A stretch of 64,000 nucleotides of DNA from an uncultured virus (IMG/VR IMGVR_UViG_3300033806_000075) (lineage: Duplodnaviria > Heunggongvirae > Uroviricota > Caudoviricetes). Position 1 is the first letter of the stretch. Each line of letters starts with the position of its first letter. The stretch is from the IMG/VR virus record IMGVR_UViG_3300033806_000075. One strand, 5' to 3'. Shown piece after piece: positions 57,390 to 64,000 of this stretch. The position numbers were made by a program, and so were the translations under genes. Below the pieces are notes generated by a model that was given only the letters and a program-made list of their open reading frames with translations, was not told where the DNA came from and did no database searches.

Positions 57390-57901
57390 TGGCGCGAGTA
57401 ATCAGACACCGAATTGACGGCAGAGTTCTCAAGACCATCGAAGGCGAAAGCCTCCGCGGGGCCAACCTCAGCACGGCCGACCTCAGCAGGGCCGACCTCC
57501 GCGAGGCCTACCTCAGCAGGGCCGACCTCCGCGAGGCCGACCTCAGCAGGGCCGACCTCAGCAGGGCCGACCTCCGCGAGGCCGACCTCAGCAGGGCCGA
57601 CCTCCGCGGGGCCTACCTCCGCAGGGCAAAGCTTGCTTGGTCATCCCATGATTTGATGGCACACCTGATCCAATTGGCAGCGGCTGATGATCTCGGTTTG
57701 CAGTCGTTCGCTGGACTTGTGTTAATTCGGCGGGACTTGTGCTGGCCTGACTTCTTGGCTCTGCACGATCATGCGGTGTTTAGCCCGCTCCTACAGCGAT
57801 CTCTTGAAATCCTTGCTGGTTACATAGTGGACGGTGATGGCGCACCGGATTGCGTGCGCCAAATCGCAGACTCCCGGCGTCAGACAACGGAGGCCACGTG
57901 A
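57389..57901 (+). CDS. Pentapeptide repeat protein
   Basis: 11 A(D/N/Y)Lxx repeats. Confidence 0.9.
   Translation: MARVIRHRIDGRVLKTIEGESLRGANLSTADLSRADLREAYLSRADLREADLSRADLSRADLREADLSRADLRGAYLRRAKLAWSSHDLMAHLIQLAAADDLGLQSFAGLVLIRRDLCWPDFLALHDHAVFSPLLQRSLEILAGYIVDGDGAPDCVRQIADSRRQTTEAT
57461..57625 (+). repeat. 15-bp tandem repeat, 11 units (coding)
   Basis: GCCGACCTCAGCAGG / GCCGACCTCCGCGAG variants. Confidence 0.9.
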
Positions 57902-58122
57902 TGCCAGGCCAGTCTATCCGCGACGTGCGAGCTGCCAAGCTCCGTTTCCACGATCAGTACGGCAAGGACCTCTCGATCGCCGGCATGATCGAGCACTGGA
58001 CCGACGGCCGCTACGAGCTGCGACTACGGCTCAAGGAGGAGCCACAGATCACAATCCCGCCCGTGTTCGAGGGGCTACCGATCCGGGTCGAGGTGGTCAA
58101 GAGTTCCATGAAGATGCGCTGA
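57901..58122 (+). CDS. Hypothetical protein
   Basis: GGAGG RBS; TGATG coupling. Confidence 0.55.
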   Translation: MPGQSIRDVRAAKLRFHDQYGKDLSIAGMIEHWTDGRYELRLRLKEEPQITIPPVFEGLPIRVEVVKSSMKMR

Positions 58123-58150
58123 GCGAGAAGAGAAGAAGGGTAACTACACT

Positions 58151-58936
58151 ATGAGCCTCAACTCCAAGATCGAGTGGACTGACGCAACCTGGAACCCAGT
58201 TTGCGGCTGCACCAAAATCTCTCCGGGGTGCGCGCACTGTTACGCGGAAATCTTCGCCGAGCGGTTTAGGGATGTCCATGGGCACCCATATGAACAGGGG
58301 TTTGATCTCCGTCTTGTTCGCGAAAAGCTGGACGAGCCGCTGCGCTGGCGGAAACCGAGGATGGTCTTTGTCAATTCTATGAGTGACCTGTTCCACGAAG
58401 AGGTGCCCGATGCGTTTATCGAGGAAATTTGCCGCGTAATGCAGCAGGCGCGGTGGCATACCTTTCAGGTTCTCACCAAGCGATCGGAGCGAATGCGCGA
58501 CTTGCTTTGCTCGAAGCTACGCTTCGCCGCTTACGAGTCGCATATCTGGTTTGGGGTGAGTGTTGAAAATCGCAGGTATGGCCTGCCGCGAATCGAGCAC
58601 CTAAGGAGCACGCCGGCCGCTCTACGGATGCTCTCGCTCGAACCTCTTCTCGAAGATCTAGGTACGCTCGATCTCTCGGGAATGGGTTGGTTGGTCCTAG
58701 GCGGAGAAACTGGACCCAAGGCCCGAACGTTCAACGTCTCGTATGCGCACTCGATCGTCTCCCAATGTGCTCATGCCGGGGTTCCATGCTTCGTGAAACA
58801 GCTTGGAGCTCGGCCTGCTGCATACCGCAATGGGGCTTTCATTTCTTTCTGTTTTGCCGATCGGTCAGGCGCCGATCCCGGGGAGTGGCCCGAGGATCTC
58901 CGAGTGCGCCAATTCCCGGCCGCGGTGGAGGTCTGA
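58151..58936 (+). CDS. Phage Gp37/Gp68 (DUF5131) radical-SAM-like protein
   Basis: SKIEWTDATWNPVCGCTKISPGCAHCYA, FVNSMSDLFH, FQVLTKR, LSLEPLL, GGETG, FVKQLG. Confidence 0.92.
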   Translation: MSLNSKIEWTDATWNPVCGCTKISPGCAHCYAEIFAERFRDVHGHPYEQGFDLRLVREKLDEPLRWRKPRMVFVNSMSDLFHEEVPDAFIEEICRVMQQARWHTFQVLTKRSERMRDLLCSKLRFAAYESHIWFGVSVENRRYGLPRIEHLRSTPAALRMLSLEPLLEDLGTLDLSGMGWLVLGGETGPKARTFNVSYAHSIVSQCAHAGVPCFVKQLGARPAAYRNGAFISFCFADRSGADPGEWPEDLRVRQFPAAVEV

Positions 58937-58939
58937 TCC

Positions 58940-59611
58940 ATGGGTGTCTGTAAGCGAGTGCTCGGGATGCTAATGAGCAAAGAGCCTGTCCCGCAGCCGA
59001 TCCAGGCTCTGGTCGGCCTAGTCCCCTACCGTGATCCTGAAGCGTGGAAGGAGAAGAAGCGATTGGAGCGAGAGCAGAACCAGGCCGAGCGCGAAGCCCA
59101 TGCTGAGCGCGAGGCGATCCAGTGGGAATCTAGGCAAGCCGAGAAGGTGTGGACCAACGATGGAAAGAAACACCTTGCAGCAGCAAATGCGACCGGTGAT
59201 CGCTGCGGCAATGCTCGAAGCAGATCGTCGGGGACTGATCGGGAGGGCTCGGGCCAGGTTTGTCTGCGAAGCACGACCGTGGTGGGTTCATGGACGAAGC
59301 TGGCAGAGCTTGATGTGGCTCTTGGAGGTCCGCAGGTACTTCCGCCGCCAGCGGGAGAAGCGAGCGAGTCGCCCAAGCAAGCCAGATCCGAAAGGTGGTA
59401 CGTCGATCCTCAATGCGAACTCTGTAGTCAGCTAGCCGAGATAGAAGTCGAATCTGCCTTTGGCCGCGAACTACCCCAACCTGCTGCGGCCGGCTGGTAC
59501 CGGCTTGGCCGCGACGTTTACCGCATCGGCGAGGGTCCATTTCCAGGATTCGGCACGGGTACCACGCCGATCAAACGCTACGGTCCGATGGTTCAACGAT
59601 CGCTGTTCTAA
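58940..59611 (+). CDS. Hypothetical protein
   Basis: GGAGG RBS; fills the operon. Confidence 0.45.
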   Translation: MGVCKRVLGMLMSKEPVPQPIQALVGLVPYRDPEAWKEKKRLEREQNQAEREAHAEREAIQWESRQAEKVWTNDGKKHLAAANATGDRCGNARSRSSGTDREGSGQVCLRSTTVVGSWTKLAELDVALGGPQVLPPPAGEASESPKQARSERWYVDPQCELCSQLAEIEVESAFGRELPQPAAAGWYRLGRDVYRIGEGPFPGFGTGTTPIKRYGPMVQRSLF

Positions 59612-59629
59612 CCATATAAGGGGACACCT

Positions 59630-60346
59630 ATGACAACGCAGTCAACTGACGATCTCCTAGACGTTGTCGTCGCCGGAATCATCTCCGGCGAGATCAGCTT
59701 GAGCGACATGTACGGATGTCGACTCAAGGAACTGATCGGGCTGGCTAAACGCCAGGGCAATCCCGCTTTGGCGCGGTGCGTGGCCGCGGTTGCTGTTGGC
59801 TACCGTGACCGCCGGATCGATGTGATCGAGAAGGCGCTGCGCCATGGCCTGGCGATTGGTGACATCGACCTGCCTTTCCCCTCGCCGCCGGTTATCGAGA
59901 CGGAATCTGCCTATGCCTCGCGAGCATTGCAAGAGAACGGCGCCGTCATTCCATCTTCACTAATCGCGAACTGGAAGGTGCGAATCTTTCTGGGCGGTGG
60001 CAGCCAACCTGCGACGACTGCTGCTCCGATCTCGCACATGACGCCGCACAAGGTGAGCCGACTGGTCCGCGAGCTTCAGAACGTCGGCTGCCCCGTGCCA
60101 TCCAAAGTTATCGTGAAGTGGACTCTAGCCCAGTACGTCGAGGCTCGTCGCTGGCTCGATCGCTACCACCGCTGGCAGCATCAGGGATCGCAGCCCGTCA
60201 CATGGGCGACGGGGGAGACAGACGGTGTAGTCGCTCTACTGGATGAGTGGCCCGAGGCACCCGAGTTCCTGCGGGAACATGTCCAAAATCAGGGGCCGGA
60301 TCCAAGGGCGCCCGCGGGGACTGGCGGAGAGGAGCCTGCGACGTGA
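59630..60346 (+). CDS. Hypothetical protein
   Basis: AAGGGG RBS; 238 aa. Confidence 0.55.
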   Translation: MTTQSTDDLLDVVVAGIISGEISLSDMYGCRLKELIGLAKRQGNPALARCVAAVAVGYRDRRIDVIEKALRHGLAIGDIDLPFPSPPVIETESAYASRALQENGAVIPSSLIANWKVRIFLGGGSQPATTAAPISHMTPHKVSRLVRELQNVGCPVPSKVIVKWTLAQYVEARRWLDRYHRWQHQGSQPVTWATGETDGVVALLDEWPEAPEFLREHVQNQGPDPRAPAGTGGEEPAT

Positions 60347-60540
60347 AAACCACCGTGGTCGTCTTGCTGGGGAAGGGATTTCGAGTGCTGCCGACAGGCT
60401 GGGCGACGGCCGTTACCTGCACGCCGGACGCGGTGGTCATGGCAATGCCGTCACCGGAATCCATGCCGTCCTGGTGGCTGGAGCTTTGTTACGCGTCCCC
60501 TTGCGATTGCGAGCGAAGCTGAGGCGTGAGGGCCAGTTCG

Positions 60541-60930
60541 ATGGTCGACATTTCGGGACTCGATAAAGCGATTGTTCTGGCTGCTCTCTACAATAACAGC
60601 AAGAGGGTCGAGTACCCCTACAAAGCGAGCTGCCCGGAGTTGCTCACTCTGGAGCAAGCCAGAGCTTTTCTTCAGTCCGACGCTAAGTTCTCGGACAACG
60701 TTTGGCAGATCGATACGTACTATGATCGCGATTTGAGCGTCGACCTCACAGGCGACGCCTTTGACTCCGAGGCATACAACCAAGCCAATGGCGATGGCCT
60801 GGCGGAGCGGATCGTTGAGGCATTGCGGTTAACTGGCACTGCACAGGATATAGGTTGGCGTGTCACCTACCCGCCGCGTGACCCCGCTCCCCTCTACACA
60901 GTTGAACGACGGCGACAGTGGAGGCTGTGA
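60541..60930 (+). CDS. Conserved-looking phage hypothetical protein
   Basis: VDISGLDKA.VLAALYNNS...FD...YN..NG.G.AE motif. Confidence 0.65.
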   Translation: MVDISGLDKAIVLAALYNNSKRVEYPYKASCPELLTLEQARAFLQSDAKFSDNVWQIDTYYDRDLSVDLTGDAFDSEAYNQANGDGLAERIVEALRLTGTAQDIGWRVTYPPRDPAPLYTVERRRQWRL

Positions 60931-62165
60931 TGCTTCGACGCGGTTTTACACTCCTTGAACTCCTGGTGGTGATCGTGATCGTCCTCCTGGTCACCGGCCT
61001 GGTGATCGGCCAGGTCCTGTCGGCGAGCAGCAATCGAGCTCTGACACCGAGCGCGGCGATGCTCCAGGCGGCTATGGCAGGAGCCCGCGACAGGGCTGGG
61101 ATTCGCAACGGTCTGGCCGGCATTCGACTGCTCCCCGATCTGGCTTTCCTCCGACGCATCCCGACCGGTCTCCCGAATGCCGGCCAGGTGGATCCAGAGC
61201 AACCGCTGGCGGCTGACCGGATCGTTCCGCTCTTCCAGCCGCCGGATTACTCCAACGGCTTGGTGGCGATCTATGATGCTAAGCATCAGGCGTCTCTCGG
61301 CCTGCCACCGCTTGGTCCGCTTGTGCTGGAGCAAGAGCCGGGGCGTTGGGAGCGAATGTGGAACGACACTCTCAAGACCTACGTCTGGTCATGGCACGTC
61401 AACGAGCCGACATCCTGGGCCTGGACCCTCCGCAAGGGTGACATCGTCCGGATTGGGGCTAGCGGACTCTTTTGGGTCGTTGGCCCGATTGCTGTTCCCA
61501 ACTCCGAGGGGTTCATTAATTACGGCGATCCGGGCGTCGAGCCGCCACTGGTGCGCATTGATCCGGCTCCAGATTCGACGCCGGATAACCCTCATAGCCA
61601 CACGAGCACGCGGGAGTATCTTTTGCTGGTCAACGGCCAGGACGATAACCACAACGGCTACACTGATGAGCCCTACGACGGACTCGACCTAGCCATCCAA
61701 GAGGCGGAGCAGTGGTGTCCCCTGACGCTAGGTACGGGCCAGTGGCGCCCAGTGTCACAGAGCGCTGGCATCAGCCAGGCCCGCTACACCGTGCACCGCC
61801 GGCCTGCGCCCTCCCCTGGCGGGGCAGTGATCCAGCTACCCGCCGGCTGCGTGATCGACCTTACGGGCTCGTGGCTGAACGGAACCCATGATCGCAGCCG
61901 GCTACCGGTCGATCCCTGGGGCGGCTTTGTCGACGTGGTCCTGGACTCCGGGGGCCGCGTCGTTCCAAGCCTGCCCTACAGCAGTCCCAGTTCAGTGCCG
62001 ATGGATGGGTACTGGTACCACTTCTGGCTCGCTGATTGCGGAGACGTCGGCCTGACGCCCAAGGGCGAGGCGAGGATCGTCACTCTGAACGGCCGAACGG
62101 GACGGGTCTCGATTACCGACCCGGCCGGCGATCCGAATCCCTTCACAACAGCGAGGCAACCATGA
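60930..62165 (+). CDS. Prepilin-type N-terminal cleavage/methylation domain protein
   Basis: RRG|FTLLELLVVIVIV class III signal; C-terminal R.VTLN.RTG.V motif of GspH/FimT-like pseudopilins. Confidence 0.85.
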   Translation: MLRRGFTLLELLVVIVIVLLVTGLVIGQVLSASSNRALTPSAAMLQAAMAGARDRAGIRNGLAGIRLLPDLAFLRRIPTGLPNAGQVDPEQPLAADRIVPLFQPPDYSNGLVAIYDAKHQASLGLPPLGPLVLEQEPGRWERMWNDTLKTYVWSWHVNEPTSWAWTLRKGDIVRIGASGLFWVVGPIAVPNSEGFINYGDPGVEPPLVRIDPAPDSTPDNPHSHTSTREYLLLVNGQDDNHNGYTDEPYDGLDLAIQEAEQWCPLTLGTGQWRPVSQSAGISQARYTVHRRPAPSPGGAVIQLPAGCVIDLTGSWLNGTHDRSRLPVDPWGGFVDVVLDSGGRVVPSLPYSSPSSVPMDGYWYHFWLADCGDVGLTPKGEARIVTLNGRTGRVSITDPAGDPNPFTTARQP

Positions 62166-62368
62166 GGAGCAAACCCGACCTCCTTGCGCTGTGGGACCTG
62201 AAAAGGCCGGTTCGCCTGATCCTTCGGAACGGCGATAGCTTGGTCATCGGAGAGCGTGACGATGCCAAGCTCTTGGATGACCGCACGCTGAGCGTGTGGC
62301 GCGAAGAGGGGTATTGGACGTTGGTCCACAGAGACGCCGTCGTGTCGCTTGAGAGTGCGGCGCCGTGA
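62162..62368 (+). CDS. Small hypothetical protein
   Basis: ATGA-coupled; RLILRNGD...VVSLE. Confidence 0.55.
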   Translation: MRSKPDLLALWDLKRPVRLILRNGDSLVIGERDDAKLLDDRTLSVWREEGYWTLVHRDAVVSLESAAP

Positions 62369-62565
62369 CCGCCCTGATCTTAGCTCACAGCGCCGTGGCC
62401 GCTGGGAGCTTGGCTGTCGGCGTGGCCGCGTGGTGTCTGCTGACTGCCGATCGACGGAGCGATACGACCAACGATTGGTACCTCGGCTGGTGGTTCTGGG
62501 CTTGGTTGGCAGGCATGACGGGCATGGCGGCAATCTGGATGTGGCTACGGGCGATAGACGTATGA
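62365..62565 (+). CDS. Small two-TM membrane protein
   Basis: Two Trp-rich hydrophobic segments. Confidence 0.55.
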   Translation: MTALILAHSAVAAGSLAVGVAAWCLLTADRRSDTTNDWYLGWWFWAWLAGMTGMAAIWMWLRAIDV

Positions 62566-62586
62566 CCATTACTAGGAGATCAGCCA

Positions 62587-62781
62587 ATGACAGAAGCTTA
62601 CGTAAGAACTTTTCGCCATGGGAAGTGGCAGAGCGTGCAGATCGATCAGCTTACCGACGATGAGCTAGATCAGCTCGAAAAAGATCAACCCGACCGCGGC
62701 TGGGTTTGGGCTAAGTTTTTGACAAAGTGGATACGGGACAATGTCGTGACCCACCGAGCACAGGGGGAACAGTGGGTATGA
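62587..62781 (+). CDS. Hypothetical protein
   Basis: AGGAG RBS. Confidence 0.6.
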   Translation: MTEAYVRTFRHGKWQSVQIDQLTDDELDQLEKDQPDRGWVWAKFLTKWIRDNVVTHRAQGEQWV

Positions 62782-63110
62782 ATATGCAATCCGTACTCGC
62801 GCAAATGGCCCCGCACCAGCCTGCCGTAGAGATGGCCGATCCGTACATCTGGGAGCTGTGGTGCAAGCGAACTCGGCAATCGCGATATCAGCTCCTGCGG
62901 AACGTTCGCGATCTCGATGAGGCCAAGCAGATCGTCCGAGCCGCATTGCCAAATCAGCAGTTCTGGATCCTGGCGATCGGGCCGTGGGACCAACTTGTCT
63001 GCATGGATTTCTCACTTCGGCCACGCTTTGGCCGGGAACCCGAGTGTCGGTGTATGGGAGCGACGATTTGGTTCGTGGACGCGACCAAGCTGGGAGGGTC
63101 CAGGTCGTGA
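62778..63110 (+). CDS. Hypothetical protein
   Basis: ATGA-coupled. Confidence 0.55.
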   Translation: MNMQSVLAQMAPHQPAVEMADPYIWELWCKRTRQSRYQLLRNVRDLDEAKQIVRAALPNQQFWILAIGPWDQLVCMDFSLRPRFGREPECRCMGATIWFVDATKLGGSRS

Positions 63111-63376
63111 CATGGTATGTGCTCCGCACCAATTCCGGTGATTACCTGGGGTGGATCCCGGTTCCTTCATGTGGCAACGGTGCGCAGCGAGGGCTTCCTG
63201 TGCCATGTAGTCTGATGAACGCCCTGGTGTTTCCCACCCGCGAAGAGGCGGAGCGGAAATCCGAGCGAGTGCTCAACGCCACCGGTCTCTCTTCGGCTCC
63301 GGTGCGGCTCCGAATGAAGCTAGAGGATCGGGGCCGAGAGGCCCTGGTAACCGTGCACGCGGAGGGTTCGCCATGA
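63107..63376 (+). CDS. Hypothetical protein, paralogue of the next ORF
   Basis: WYV......G.YLG...SL..A..F....EA...V......RGR.A shared with the next ORF. Confidence 0.6.
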   Translation: MTWYVLRTNSGDYLGWIPVPSCGNGAQRGLPVPCSLMNALVFPTREEAERKSERVLNATGLSSAPVRLRMKLEDRGREALVTVHAEGSP

Positions 63377-63660
63377 GCATGTTCTACACACGCCCCCGTA
63401 TGGGTCAGTGGTACGTTTGCCAGGTTGCGGACGGCCAGTACCTCGGCCAAAAGTGGGAAATGGTTAACCAGAGTCCGCGCCGACCGAGAGATGCTTTGGT
63501 ATCGCTTCAGGACGCGACCAAATACTTCACCCTGACTGAAGCCCGGCGGGAGGCCATTCGGGCCGTCGAGAATCTTGGAGTGCACGCAGTGCCTGTTCCA
63601 ATCCGCATCGAGGGTCGCGGTCGTGATGCGCAGATCAAGCTCGATAAAGTAGACGGATGA
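63373..63660 (+). CDS. Hypothetical protein, paralogue of the previous ORF
   Basis: GGAGG RBS; shared motifs. Confidence 0.6.
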   Translation: MSMFYTRPRMGQWYVCQVADGQYLGQKWEMVNQSPRRPRDALVSLQDATKYFTLTEARREAIRAVENLGVHAVPVPIRIEGRGRDAQIKLDKVDG

Positions 63661-63665
63661 TAATC

Positions 63666-64000
63666 ATGCGAACCCCAACAATCGTGGATCACAAGTCTGT
63701 CGACATCAAGGCTGCGAGGGATACACTCGCCGAGCGGAACCGCCGGCGGGCCGAGGAGAAGCCGGCCGAAAACAAAGCATGCATCCAGGAGCAAGACGCC
63801 GTGTGCAAAGCCCGGGCCGCGGCCCTGCGCGAGCGCGGGCAAAAGAAAGGAATGCGTCTGACGCGAGCCGAACTCGGCGAGGTCCTGCCGAAACAACCGC
63901 CAAATCCCCCGCCCAACTCTAACCCGAAAGGAGCGACCGATAGTCCAACTGTGCTTCCTGACAATCTACCCACTGGTCTGGCCGTTGGCCTGGATAGTCG
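63666..64000 (+). CDS. Hypothetical protein, 3'-partial
   Basis: ATG at 63666; the frame is open to the window end. Confidence 0.45.
   Translation, partial: MRTPTIVDHKSVDIKAARDTLAERNRRRAEEKPAENKACIQEQDAVCKARAAALRERGQKKGMRLTRAELGEVLPKQPPNPPPNSNPKGATDSPTVLPDNLPTGLAVGLDS

Noticed and set aside
57461..57625. Regular short repeats resembling a CRISPR array
   Set aside because: Contiguous 15-bp units with no spacers, encoding pentapeptide repeats; no cas genes.

Overview
The whole 64 kb window reads as one GC-rich temperate tailed-phage genome, seen in its unintegrated form: an intact attP lies inside it and there are phage genes on both sides. Host-type motifs (LExRxLLS/Planc_extracel-like leaders, a GFTLLELL prepilin, a 'LLAAQPFRAFEI' small-protein family) point to a Planctomycetota host. 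Layout: (1) 1-36.8 kb, rightward packaging and virion operon with a ParB-DNA methylase, terminase, portal, scaffold, major capsid protein, MuF-like head protein fused to an ADP-ribosyltransferase plus a putative immunity gene, five interspersed glycosyltransferase-like genes, a PA14/glycoside-hydrolase-like protein, LamG/FN3 tail proteins, tail tube, a chaperone with a -1 frameshift site, tape measure and tail-tip genes. (2) 38.2-46.3 kb, leftward accessory block with an exported thermonuclease, two HNH genes and a toxin-less MuF paralogue. (3) 46.0-48.9 kb, a tandemly duplicated divergent-promoter/RHH switch with different operators and a swapped first gene. (4) 49-64 kb, rightward early/replication region with DUF932, two LExRxLS mini-genes each behind a covarying three-hairpin leader, a Rad52/Sak recombinase, an HTH replication protein whose frame runs through attP (3' half of tRNA-Arg TCG), a tyrosine integrase, a pentapeptide protein, a Gp37/Gp68 protein and a pilin-like gene. 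All product calls come from motif recognition by eye; no database searches were run.
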